Positions 10,525 through 19,785 of a stretch of 64,000 nt of DNA are shown here, in pieces. Source of the DNA: a bacterium. Its GTDB lineage: Bacteria; Desulfobacterota; DSWW01. Positions within the stretch are counted from its first letter, which is position 1. The number at the start of each line of letters is the position of its first letter. The translations under genes and the position numbers were made by a program. The stretch is taken from positions 29,352-93,351 of the forward strand of contig JBFLZG010000137.1 in the NCBI GenBank assembly GCA_040756235.1. The letters run 5' to 3'. Below the pieces are notes generated by a model. It was not told where the DNA came from. It saw only the letters and a program-made list of their open reading frames with translations, and searched no databases.

Positions 10525-10674
10525 ACCCCGGCCTTCCCGCAGAGCTTCCCGCCCGCAGCTTCGCCGGTCCGTAATAGCGCCTGCCTCTTCCTGACCCAAC
10601 AAGAACCCGAACAGACCGTCTTCCCGCATCCTCTGACAGAACGATGCCCTCGCTCGTTCATGCGAGGCGGCGCT

Positions 10675-11472
10675 TCAATCCGCCCGGGGAGCACGAGGGC
10701 GCATGCCGCACGGAAGGACGCGAACGATCTTCAGGAAGCCGCCTTGCACGAGCAAGCCGAGCTTGACCATCGCCACGCAGGCCATGCCCCAGAGGGGCGC
10801 GATCAGGATGGGCATCCCCTCGCCGGTTGCGTACTGCCAGTTCCCGGTGGCCGTGCCCATGTACTCATAGAGCGCCCCTAGCAGCGTGCCGCAGAGAAAC
10901 AGCCAGAAGGTCTCGTGCCAGTCGAAGTCCTCGAGGATCAGGAAGCACGTGACGAGCACGCCCCCAAGAACGTGGACGTCCATGGCCCTTGCCCAGTCGA
11001 CCCGGAGGATCCCTTTCCACGTCAGGGCAAGACCGATCGCGGGGAGAGCGAAGAAGCTCGCCTTCTGGATCCACGTTACGCGCCCCTCGCCTCGTGTCCT
11101 CTTTCGCCCGCCCAGAAGCAGGTAGAGGTGATAGACGGTCAGCAGGCAGACCCCCCATGTGAACACGACGTAGATGGGCGGTGTTTCCCGGGTCGCGTAC
11201 GCCCAGACGCCCCTGGTCGTTCCCCACCACTCGCCCCAGTAGGCGAGAGCAAAGGCGGACAGGAAGAGCGGGACATCCTTTCTGGAATCGCTCTTCAGGA
11301 GCGTGAGACAAATCACGACCAGAAGCTCCAGCCAGACCGCGAGCCCCTGGGAGGGAAGGAGGCGCACCGTTCGCTGCCATCCTCCCATGGCGAAGTGGAG
11401 AACGCCCCAGAGCAGGAAGAGATCGAACAGGACGGTGGCGAGGGTCGCGTAATGTTTCCTCGGAAATCTCAT
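10675..11472 (-). CDS. Integral membrane protein with internally duplicated E-x2-G-x3-G-x-W-x-Y motif
   Basis: GEWWGTTRGVWAY..PIYVVFTWG and YEYMGTATGNWQY..PILIAPLWG; start taken at ATG 11472. Confidence 0.7.
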   Translation of the reverse strand: MRFPRKHYATLATVLFDLFLLWGVLHFAMGGWQRTVRLLPSQGLAVWLELLVVICLTLLKSDSRKDVPLFLSAFALAYWGEWWGTTRGVWAYATRETPPIYVVFTWGVCLLTVYHLYLLLGGRKRTRGEGRVTWIQKASFFALPAIGLALTWKGILRVDWARAMDVHVLGGVLVTCFLILEDFDWHETFWLFLCGTLLGALYEYMGTATGNWQYATGEGMPILIAPLWGMACVAMVKLGLLVQGGFLKIVRVLPCGMRPRAPRAD

Positions 11473-11666
11473 GACGGAGCCTGACTTCAGGGTGCCAGGT
11501 CCGGCCTTCACGTCCGGAACGCCCCCGGGCCCCTGGTGTGGGCCCTTGTGCGAGAGGGTCGTCGGGGTGCCGTGACTCGGGTGCGGGCAGGATAAGCGAG
11601 AGGGTCCAGGCGGGTCAACGCGAAAAGTGACCCGCACATTGAAGGTTCCTTCATAGGGTGCTTCAA

Positions 11667-11768
11667 CCGGAAGAGTTCGTGGGTATACGCATCGGTCATC
11701 CGAAGGAGCTCAGAATCCAGCTCGCTGTCGGAGATAGCGAAGGTCGCCCGCACTTCAGGGGGAATCAT
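11667..11768 (-). pseudogene. N-terminal fragment resembling N-formylglutamate amidohydrolase
   Basis: IPPEVRATFAISDSELDSELLRMTDAYTHELF resembles that family's N-terminus from memory; the frame degenerates afterwards. Confidence 0.55.
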
Positions 11769-13974
11769 CCTGGAGGTCGCTTTTCCTGCCCGACCTCCTC
11801 GGGAAGAGTCTGGCCGCGAGAGGGGCCAGAAGTAGGAACGCGAAGTTGCCGATGTCCGAGAGCGTCTTGCTCTCTGCGCCGACCCCCTCTGTCGACGCGA
11901 GCGTATCCCAGCCGACCGGGGGCGGGGTCGCGCCGGTCCCGGAGGTGAACAGCAGCGTTCCGTCGTTGCCGTGGCTGCTCATGTAGATCGAGCCGCTCCC
12001 GCTGAGCGCCATGCTGCTGAAGTCACCGCTTCCGAATAGCCGGTCACAGGCAGTCTCGGTCACCCAGGAACCTGACGCGTTTGTTGCCATCCTGAGTTGT
12101 GAGCTCGTCCCCGACCCGTAGGCGATATAGACCTGGTCCGAGTCATTCAGCGCAATGGAGCTCTGCTGGCACGGTTCTTCACCCGTCATGGGGTCCAGAG
12201 TCGTCGTCAGCCACAAACCCAAGGCGTTGGTCGCATACCTCAGCCCCTCGGCGGCCGTATAGCTGACATGAGCTCTGGCGGCGCTGTCCAGGGCGATGGA
12301 GGTGGCTCCCAGGTATACCTGAGCGACAGGTATGGCGACCCAGCTGCCAGAGGCATTCGTCGCCACTTTGAGACCGTATTGACTCAGGCCGTAAAGCCCC
12401 ATGTAGCTGATGTAAGCATGACCGGCCCTGTCCAGGGCAAGGGAAGCATTCCGTTCCGCCAGCCCGGAGCTTTCCACCGTGGTCGTCACCCAGGTACCCG
12501 ACGCATTGGTTGCGTATTCGAGGCCGTTGCCGTTTCCGTATGCGATGTGGACCTTGCTCGACCCATCCAGGGCGATGGATGTGTACTGCCGGAGCCAGCC
12601 GGAATCCACCACGGTGGTTGCCCAGATTCCAGACGCGTTCGTCGCGTACTTGAGATTCGCAGAATCGCCACTGGGGTCGACTTCGAGGTAGCTGATGTGG
12701 ACCTTGCCCGACCGGTCAACGGCGATGGAGCCAAAGGATCCGACGTTTCCCTCTGAGTCCACGGTAGCTTTGACCCAGGAGCCCGACGCATTGGTCGCGT
12801 ATCTGAGATCCTGGTTGGTTTCGTCATAGTAGCAGATGTGGGCCTTTTCGGAGCCATCCAGAGCAATGGACGTGTACCATCCAAGATCGCCCGCAGAATC
12901 CAGGGTGGCCTTCATCCAGGAGCCCGAGGCGTCGGTCACGACCACGAGATCCCCGTCCGTATCGTCGCGGTAACTGATGTGGACCTTTCCCGAATCGTCC
13001 AAAGCGATGGAAGTGTAATGGGTCACGGCTGCCGCGGAGTCGAGCCTCCGCCTTACCCAGGAGCCCGACGCATTGGTCGCGTACTTGAGATCCTCATTCG
13101 TTTCGTCCACGTAGCTGATATGGACTTTGTTCGAGCCGTCGACGGCGATGCAGCTATTGGTCCCCACCAGGCCCGTGGAGTCCAGCGTTGTCGCGACCCA
13201 GGACCCCGAAACATTGGTCGCATACTTGAGGTCATAGTTGGCGTCGTAGGCGATGTGGGCCTTTCCCCAGCTGTCCAGGGCGATCGTTGTGTGCGAGCCC
13301 ATTTCTCCGGCCGAGTCCAGCCTTGTCGCGACCCAAGACCCCGAAACATTGGTCGCGTACTTGAGATCGGCGTTTGTACTGTCGAGGTAGCTGACGTGGA
13401 CTTTCCCCAATCCATCGAGTGCGATGGAGCTGGATCCCCCCACGAAGCCCTCGGAGTCCACCGTGGTCGCGACCCAGGACCCCGAAGCGTTCGTCATGTA
13501 CATCAGATCGCCAGTCGGGTAATCGTTGTAGCTGATATGAGCTCTACCCGAGCCATCCACGGCAATCGAGCTTTGCTCCACGTGACCCGTAGAAGTCAGC
13601 GGGATGATGACCCAGGAGCCCGAAGCGTTCGTCGCGTATTTCAGAATGCCGCCGCTGGTGCCTCCCACGTGGGTGATGTGGATCTTGTCCGAGCCGTCCA
13701 CTGCGATCGAGGTCCGGTATCCGCAGTCGGCATCCAACATGGTCGTGACCCACGTCCCGGACGCATTCGTGCTGTACTCCAGCGCGCCCAAGGTCTCGTT
13801 TCGGGAGCTGACGTGAATCGCTCCGGCAGAGTCGATCGCCAGAGATGAGCCTTGCCCTCCCATTCCACCCGATGGCAGTCTGTCCACCACCTCCGTGACC
13901 CAGGCTCCGGCAGGAAGGGGGAAAAGACACAGAACCCAGAGGCATGCGCAAGAGAGAAGAAGCTTGCCCTTCAT
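11755..13974 (-). CDS. Secreted beta-propeller repeat protein (14 repeats) with C-terminal membrane-anchor-like tail
   Basis: Signal peptide MKGKLLLSCACLWVLCLFPLPAGA; 14 repeats of S-I-A-[LV]-D..G..H-I-S-Y..L-K-Y-A-T-N-A-S-G-S-W; C-terminal hydrophobic stretch followed by basic residues. Confidence 0.88.
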   Translation of the reverse strand: MKGKLLLSCACLWVLCLFPLPAGAWVTEVVDRLPSGGMGGQGSSLAIDSAGAIHVSSRNETLGALEYSTNASGTWVTTMLDADCGYRTSIAVDGSDKIHITHVGGTSGGILKYATNASGSWVIIPLTSTGHVEQSSIAVDGSGRAHISYNDYPTGDLMYMTNASGSWVATTVDSEGFVGGSSSIALDGLGKVHVSYLDSTNADLKYATNVSGSWVATRLDSAGEMGSHTTIALDSWGKAHIAYDANYDLKYATNVSGSWVATTLDSTGLVGTNSCIAVDGSNKVHISYVDETNEDLKYATNASGSWVRRRLDSAAAVTHYTSIALDDSGKVHISYRDDTDGDLVVVTDASGSWMKATLDSAGDLGWYTSIALDGSEKAHICYYDETNQDLRYATNASGSWVKATVDSEGNVGSFGSIAVDRSGKVHISYLEVDPSGDSANLKYATNASGIWATTVVDSGWLRQYTSIALDGSSKVHIAYGNGNGLEYATNASGTWVTTTVESSGLAERNASLALDRAGHAYISYMGLYGLSQYGLKVATNASGSWVAIPVAQVYLGATSIALDSAARAHVSYTAAEGLRYATNALGLWLTTTLDPMTGEEPCQQSSIALNDSDQVYIAYGSGTSSQLRMATNASGSWVTETACDRLFGSGDFSSMALSGSGSIYMSSHGNDGTLLFTSGTGATPPPVGWDTLASTEGVGAESKTLSDIGNFAFLLLAPLAARLFPRRSGRKSDLQDDSP

Positions 13975-14242
13975 GTTGTGGCCCCCCCCGGATCGTGAAC
14001 TCGGCCCCATAACGCCTGCAAATGCTGCTCGCCCTGCTTCGCGGCGGCAGGATAGGTCAAAGCCGGTTGGTCAGTCAATGAATAAAAATATTTGACTTGA
14101 CATATTGCTCATTTTTCAACTCTCGGAAGGCCTCGAAGCCTCATGTGACTCCAGGCCGCCCCCGCCCGCTTTCACGATCGGTTTCGCCGCGAGCGGCGGG
14201 GTGGTACCACCCCGTTTTGAGAGGGTGGTCGCCACCACCTAC

Positions 14243-14655
14243 TCAGGGTTTACGCTCTGCAAGCCGTGCCGCCGGATTGTGGATGACGGAGCCTGCTTGA
14301 TAGTAGCCGAGACCTACGCCCACGGATCGGCGGCCCGAGAGCGCCATGACGTCGCCGAGTGTTACCCCCCGTCGTCCTCCCTCGGTCACAAAGCCGGAAC
14401 GGAGGCTGTGCCCCCCCAAAGGGAGCTGAATTCAGACTGGCCAGTGCCGCCCTTCGCTTCACGATCTCGGTCACACTCTTCTCCGAGAGGGGGCCTAACG
14501 ATTTGCCGCTTTTTGAAAGGCGTCTGAAGAGAGTCCCTTCCGAAATCCCGCTCGCTTTGAGCCACGCCTCCAGTGCGATCGCCGCGCGTCCAAGGACCGG
14601 AAACTCCACTCCCTCGCCCTCCTGGTCCGTCTTGGCGGTGGCGAGATGATATAGG
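14243..14655 (-). pseudogene. Tyrosine recombinase/integrase remnant
   Basis: KTDQEGEG..LFRR..IVKRRA..FGG, then a frameshift in the C7 run (14411-14417); the other frame gives HSLRSGFVT..MALSGRRS..GYY. N-terminal half is missing. Confidence 0.85.
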
Positions 14656-14656
14656 T

Positions 14657-14810
14657 AGAGCTTGTCCCACAAGCTCTGGTTCGGGAGCCTGTTCAAAAAT
14701 GCTCAGATGCCAGGCGCGCGAAATCCCGAGGAATGAGGCGTACATTTCAGTACGCCGCAATGACGAGGGACGAGTGCAACGCCGCAGATGGGCGTTTTGG
14801 GACAGGCTCT
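14657..14810. mobile_element. MITE-like palindromic element, copy 1
   Basis: Termini AGAGCTTGTCCCA / TGGGACAGGCTCT; core CTGTTCAAAAATGCTCAGATG..GAGGAATGAGGCGTAC..GTACGCCGCA..AACGCCGCAGATGGGCGTTTT shared with copies at 19578, 25341 and 38142. Confidence 0.8.
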
Positions 14811-14841
14811 AGCTAGGGGCGACCGGCCGGCGCACCTGGGC

Positions 14842-14876
14842 GGGATGGACAAAGCCGTCAGGCGTGTCCACCAACC
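14842..14876. repeat. Degenerate REP palindrome
   Basis: GGGATGGACAAAGCCGTCAGGCGTGTCCACCAACC, related to the copy at 44178. Confidence 0.6.
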
Positions 14877-14881
14877 AGGGC

Positions 14882-15100
14882 TCAGGCAAACAGCTCATCG
14901 CTTGCCTCTGCATCCATCTCCAGCTGTTCCTTCTGGCTCCAACGGCAGCCGCTTCTGCAGGCCGCGACGGCGCGGATTCCGCAAAAGGGAGTACTGAATG
15001 CCAGCCTGACCTCCAGCCCGCCGCCGCACTGCGGGCAGCGGAGCTCCGTCTCGACCGTACCGCCCGCAAGTTCCGGTCTTTGCGTATCCGACTCTTTCAC
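14882..15100 (-). CDS. Small zinc-ribbon-like protein (72 aa)
   Basis: GGGAGG RBS before GTG; CPQCG...CRSGC cysteine pairs; lies just downstream of the ACAD operon. Confidence 0.5.
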   Translation of the reverse strand: MKESDTQRPELAGGTVETELRCPQCGGGLEVRLAFSTPFCGIRAVAACRSGCRWSQKEQLEMDAEASDELFA

Positions 15101-15160
15101 GATCGGTTTGCCTCCCGGGTTTGCAGGCGCACCGTTGCGGCGGCGGCTGAGCGGAGTCGG

Positions 15161-16315
15161 TCAGTCATAGGTCTTCAAGAGCTCCCGCGCGATGATCATG
15201 CGCTGGATTTCGCTGGTGCCGCCGCCCAGCGTGTTGGCAATCGAGTCCCGTATGTCTCTTTCGATCGGGTACTCCTTCATGTAGCCGTAACCGCCGTGAA
15301 TCTGGAAGGCGTCCAGCGCGTCGAGGCGGCTCGTCTCGCCGAAGAACAGCTTGGCCAAGGAAGCTTCCATCGTGGCCGGCATGCCCCGGGATTTCATCCA
15401 GGCGACCTTGTAGAAGAGGGTCTTGTAGATCTCCAGGTGCATCCTCATGTTGGCGAGCTTGTGCTGGATCTCCTGAAAGTGCGCGATCGGCTGGCCGAAC
15501 TGGACGCGGCCCTTGGCGTAGCGCACCGCCTCCTCGAGGCGCGCCTCGGCCACTCCGACCAGAGCCGGCAGCATGGCCGCCCTTTCCCAGACCAGGGTGC
15601 CCATGGCGACCTGGAAGCCCTTGCCGACGGCGCCGAGCACGTTCTCCTCGGGAACGACGCAGTCCTCGAAGATCAGCTCTCCGGTCGGCGACGAGCGCAT
15701 GCCCATCTTCTCGAGCTTGCGGCCCCGCAGGAACCCCTCGAAGGTGCTTTCCACCAGGAAAGCGGTGATGCCCTTGTGTCCGAGGGAGCGGTCCACGGTG
15801 GCCAGGACCACGAATAGGTCGCCAATGGGGGCGTTCGTGATGAAGGTCTTGGAGCCGTTGAGGACCCAGCGGTCTTTCTTCTTTTCGGCCCGGGTGGCGA
15901 TGCTCGCGACATCGCTTCCTGCGCCCGGCTCGGTCTGGCCGTACCCGCCGATCCATTCGCCGGAGGCCAGCCTCGGCAGGTATTTCTCCTTCTGCCGGTC
16001 GGTGCCGGCCTCGACGATCGGGATCTCACAGATCACCATGTGAGCGCCCAGGGAGGTGACGAAGCCGACGTCCCTGGAGCCGTGGCCGAGCCCTTCCATG
16101 GTGATGCAGATGGTCAGGGGGTCCAGATCCAGGCCGCCGTATTTCTCCGGGACGAGCATTCTCTGGAACCCGAAGTCCGCTGCCTTCGTCCACGCATCCC
16201 GATCCAGCTCTTCCTTTGCATCCATCTCGGCAGACCGGGGGGCGACCACTTCCTTGCCGAACTTGTAGGCCTGATCCCTCATGGCGAGCTGTTCCGATGT
16301 CCAGGAAAAATCCAC
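15161..16315 (-). CDS. Acyl-CoA dehydrogenase
   Basis: TEPGAGSD, LNGSKTFITN, KMGMRSSPT, R.QFG..I, QIHGGYGY, GGGTSEIQR; GTG start with GGAGG RBS. Confidence 0.95.
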   Translation of the reverse strand: MDFSWTSEQLAMRDQAYKFGKEVVAPRSAEMDAKEELDRDAWTKAADFGFQRMLVPEKYGGLDLDPLTICITMEGLGHGSRDVGFVTSLGAHMVICEIPIVEAGTDRQKEKYLPRLASGEWIGGYGQTEPGAGSDVASIATRAEKKKDRWVLNGSKTFITNAPIGDLFVVLATVDRSLGHKGITAFLVESTFEGFLRGRKLEKMGMRSSPTGELIFEDCVVPEENVLGAVGKGFQVAMGTLVWERAAMLPALVGVAEARLEEAVRYAKGRVQFGQPIAHFQEIQHKLANMRMHLEIYKTLFYKVAWMKSRGMPATMEASLAKLFFGETSRLDALDAFQIHGGYGYMKEYPIERDIRDSIANTLGGGTSEIQRMIIARELLKTYD

Positions 16316-16391
16316 GTTCTCGTCCCTCCGTTCCGGGTTGAGGGGCTCGTCCCCTTCTGCCGCGGATGAATCTTCGGGCGTGCCTGCCCGG

Positions 16392-17903
16392 TCAGAAGAT
16401 CTCCTTCTCTCTGTCCACGAAATCCGGGATGCTGAGGTAGTACTCCTTCGGTTGAGTCCTATCGAGTCCCTCGTAGGTAGCCTTGGCCAAGGCGATCCTC
16501 TGCCTGATCCTATGGAGGGCAACGAGCGCCTCTTTCTCCAGGGCCACGAGCGTCTGGTCCAGGGCCTCGTCTCCCAGCCCCAGTCTCTCCTTGAGGTCCT
16601 CCCGGCGCATGTACAGGCCCGGATGCCGCTTGTAGTCCTCGGCGAGGGCGTCCATCAGCGCTTTCTTGGCCTCCTCCTCGGTCAGGGGGCGTTCCAGAAC
16701 CGCAGAGCGGGCAGCCTGTTCGTGGGCCTGTGCCTCCTTCTCCCACTGCTTCCAGACGAGGGTGCGCAGGATTTCGTTGGAGCCTGCACCGATCTGGATG
16801 AGCTTGGAATCCCGCATGTGCCTCTCCACGGGGTACTGCGTGGTGTATCCGTCCCCGCCGTGACATTGCACCGCGTCGAGCGTCGTCTTCATCAGGCTGT
16901 CGGTGGCGAAAAGTTTGGCCGCGGAGGCGCCCAGCGGGACGTCTGCTCCTGAGTCCAGCATGCGGGCCGTGTAGTACGTGAGCGTGTGCCCGAGAAGGAT
17001 GCCCGTGATCATGTCGCTCCCCATGAACTGGACGGCCGGAATCTCGGAGAGGGTCTTGCCAAACTGAACCCGTCTGTGGGTGTAGTTCAGCGTTTCGTTG
17101 AGGGAAGAGCGCGCCACGCCGATGGCGCCGGCCGCGACGCCCAGGCGCTCGATGTTCAGGGCGTCGGCCATGATCTTCCAGCCGTCCCCTTCATCCAGAA
17201 TCCGGTTCTCTTTGGGGACGCGTACGTCCCGGAACCGCAGCGCCGCGTGCCGGGACCCGAAGCGACCCATGACGTCGTGGATCGCCTCGACCGAGAAGCC
17301 CGGCGTACCCTTTTCCACCAGGAACGCGCTCATGTGACGGTGCGTGGCGCGCTCCTTGGGGTCATCGCTGGTCTTGCAGTACACGCAGTAAAGGTTGCCC
17401 ACGCCGCCCACCGTGATGAACCGCTTGCGGCCGTTGATCACGTACTCGTCTCCGTCCGGAACAGCCGTGGTCTGCACGGCGGCAGCGTCCGAGCCGCAGA
17501 AAGGTTCGGTGATGGCGATGCAGGCGAAGCGTTCCCCTGTCGCGAGTCCGGGAAGAAATCGCCTTTTCTGCTCCTCGGTACCGAAACGGACGATGGGCGA
17601 GTACCCGTAGATGGTGGTTTCGTAGAAGTCCACGGCCACGGCGGCTCCGCGCGCGATCTCCTCCAGCACGATGCACATGCCTGTCGTTCCGTAACCATTG
17701 CCCATCCCCCCGTACTTCTCGGGGATCAGGATGCCGAACCACCCCTTTCTGCCGATCTCGCTCATGAACTCCCAGGGGAACTTCTTGGTCCGCTCGATCT
17801 CCTTGATGCGGGGAGCGATGACGGCATCGGCAAAGGCGGCTGCCTCATCTGCCAGTGCTTTCTGCTTCTCGTTCCACCAGAAGTACTTTTCCATCGTGTA
17901 CAT
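16392..17903 (-). CDS. Acyl-CoA dehydrogenase with ~115-aa C-terminal winged-helix-like extension
   Basis: TEPFCGSD, INGRKRFIT, RVQFG, HGGDGY, IGAGSNEI, followed by an extra helical domain. Confidence 0.92.
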   Translation of the reverse strand: MYTMEKYFWWNEKQKALADEAAAFADAVIAPRIKEIERTKKFPWEFMSEIGRKGWFGILIPEKYGGMGNGYGTTGMCIVLEEIARGAAVAVDFYETTIYGYSPIVRFGTEEQKRRFLPGLATGERFACIAITEPFCGSDAAAVQTTAVPDGDEYVINGRKRFITVGGVGNLYCVYCKTSDDPKERATHRHMSAFLVEKGTPGFSVEAIHDVMGRFGSRHAALRFRDVRVPKENRILDEGDGWKIMADALNIERLGVAAGAIGVARSSLNETLNYTHRRVQFGKTLSEIPAVQFMGSDMITGILLGHTLTYYTARMLDSGADVPLGASAAKLFATDSLMKTTLDAVQCHGGDGYTTQYPVERHMRDSKLIQIGAGSNEILRTLVWKQWEKEAQAHEQAARSAVLERPLTEEEAKKALMDALAEDYKRHPGLYMRREDLKERLGLGDEALDQTLVALEKEALVALHRIRQRIALAKATYEGLDRTQPKEYYLSIPDFVDREKEIF

Positions 17904-17978
17904 GGCTGCTCCCTCTGGGTGCCCGGGCATTCAGGCGATTCAAGGAAACCGGCTCGTTCTTGCTCCCCCTGGCACGGG

Positions 17979-18764
17979 TCACCTGCCCCGGAACACAGGG
18001 GTTCTCTTCTCCCGAAACGCCCGGACTCCCTCCCTGTAATCCTGCGTGGTGATCAGGAAGGACTGCGCATTCATGACCTCCTCCAGACCGGTCTCTACAT
18101 CTCCATGCTGAGCGGCCCGGTTGATGAGCTGCTTTCCGAGCCCCAGGGCCAGCGGGGACTTGCGGGCCATCCTGGCGGCGATCTTGCGGACCTCTTCGGA
18201 AAAGGTCTCCGGAGGGAAGACTCGATTCACCAGCCCCTGGCCGACCGCATCCGCCGCTGTCAGAGGCTCGCCGGTGAGAATGAACTCTTTGGCCCTGGCC
18301 AGGCCCATCAGTCGCGGCAGCCGGACGATCGCCCCGGCGTCGGGCAGGAGACCGAAATCGGTCTGGGGCATCCGCAGGGTCGCGCCTTCCACGGCGTATC
18401 TCAGATCGCAGCACAGGGCCAGCTCCACCCCGCCCCCCACGGCAGGCCCGTTCAGGGCCGCGATGGTCAATTTCTGGATGTCTTCCAGGCCGCCGAACAC
18501 CCGGTTCCAGCGACGCTGCTGGTTCAGCCGGAACTCCGCCGGTGTCAGCGTAGAGAGAATCTCCAGGTCCGCACCGGCCGTGAAGTATCTGCCGGCTCCG
18601 GTCAGGAGAACCACTCGCACCTCGTCGTCCGCCATGAGCTCCTGAAGGACGGTCCACAGCTCATGCAGCATCTCGAAGTTGATGGCGTTCAGCTTCTCCG
18701 GGCGGTTCAGCCTGATGGTGGCGATCGCTTCGGCCTTCTCGTACGAGACCGTCTGGAACGGCAT
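17979..18764 (-). CDS. Enoyl-CoA hydratase/isomerase (crotonase) family
   Basis: LNRPEKLNA, FTAGADL, NGPAVGGGVELALCCD, EGVRAFREKR. Confidence 0.93.
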   Translation of the reverse strand: MPFQTVSYEKAEAIATIRLNRPEKLNAINFEMLHELWTVLQELMADDEVRVVLLTGAGRYFTAGADLEILSTLTPAEFRLNQQRRWNRVFGGLEDIQKLTIAALNGPAVGGGVELALCCDLRYAVEGATLRMPQTDFGLLPDAGAIVRLPRLMGLARAKEFILTGEPLTAADAVGQGLVNRVFPPETFSEEVRKIAARMARKSPLALGLGKQLINRAAQHGDVETGLEEVMNAQSFLITTQDYREGVRAFREKRTPVFRGR

Positions 18765-18781
18765 CTTTTTGCCCTCTGCGG

Positions 18782-19552
18782 TCAAGCCAGGGCCCCTCCG
18801 TCCACCGCCAGGATCTGGCCTGTGATGTAATCAGCGGCGGCAGAGGCCAGGAAAACCGCCACCCCTTTGATCTCATCTTTCTCGCCGAGCCTCTGCATCG
18901 GAATGGTGTTCAGGATCGCTTCGCGGCGGTGCTCGAGAATGTATCGGGACATGCGGGTGGCAAAGTAGCCGGGCGCGATTCCGTTGACCGTGACATGGTA
19001 CCGGCACCACTTGCGGGCCAGGTCTCTGGTGAATGCCGCAATCGCTCCTTTGCTCGTCGAGTAGGGAACGGAGTCGGCCACCCGCGGGTCCACGGAGGCC
19101 AGACCGGCGACAGACAGGATGTTGATGATCTTGCCCGCCCTCTGCTCGATCATCCGCCTGCCTGCCTCCCGGGAACAGAGGAAGGTGCCGGTGGTGTTGA
19201 CCGCCAGGGTCTGCTCCCACTTCTCCAGGGAAAACTCCTCGAGCGGGGCTTCCCAGGCGTAGCCGGCATTGTTGATGAGCACGTCGATGCGATCGAAGTG
19301 CTGCAAGGTCTGCTCCACCAGGCCTCTGACTTCCTCCGGCTCGGACACGTCGCATCTGAGCGCCACGGCCGGCACGCCTATGTCACGGACCTTCTCAGCC
19401 GCCGCCTCACACCGTTCCAAGTTGCGGGCGGCGAGAACCACGCTCGCGCCGGCCTCGGCAAGTCCCTCGGCCATCATGAGACCCAGTCCGCTGGACCCAC
19501 CGGTCACGATGGCCACTTTCCCGGACAGGCTGAAAAGCTCGGGAGCTTTCAT
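18782..19552 (-). CDS. SDR family oxidoreductase
   Basis: TGGSSGLG, NNAG, YSTSK, VNGIAPG, VDGG. Confidence 0.93.
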   Translation of the reverse strand: MKAPELFSLSGKVAIVTGGSSGLGLMMAEGLAEAGASVVLAARNLERCEAAAEKVRDIGVPAVALRCDVSEPEEVRGLVEQTLQHFDRIDVLINNAGYAWEAPLEEFSLEKWEQTLAVNTTGTFLCSREAGRRMIEQRAGKIINILSVAGLASVDPRVADSVPYSTSKGAIAAFTRDLARKWCRYHVTVNGIAPGYFATRMSRYILEHRREAILNTIPMQRLGEKDEIKGVAVFLASAAADYITGQILAVDGGALA

Positions 19553-19577
19553 GGGCCGAATCCCCCTGTTCCCGCCC

Positions 19578-19769
19578 AGAGGCTATCCCAAAACGCCCAT
19601 CTGCGGCGTTGCACTCATGCGGCGTGGAGGTCCTGGGGCAGCCTGCCCCGGCGAAAGCCGGGGTCACTGCGGCGTACTGCCATGTACGCCTCGTTCCTCA
19701 GGATTTCGTGCGCCTGGCATCTGGGCATTCTTGAACAGCCTCTGAACTGAGCCTGTTGGGACGGGCTCT
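19578..19769. mobile_element. MITE-like element copy 2 (reverse orientation) with internal CCCCGGC-GAAA-GCCGGGG hairpin insert
   Basis: Reverse complement matches copies 14657/38142 apart from an internal insert. Confidence 0.8.
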
Positions 19770-19785
19770 CCCGACAGCGCCGGGA

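Noticed and set aside
11755..13974. DNA repeats as a CRISPR array or DGR template
   Set aside because: The repeats are in-frame protein repeats; no reverse transcriptase and no adenine-specific variation seen.
14573..14812. Small ORFs over the MITE copies (also 25240-25482, 38245-38436)
   Set aside because: Translations of the repeat itself, not genes.
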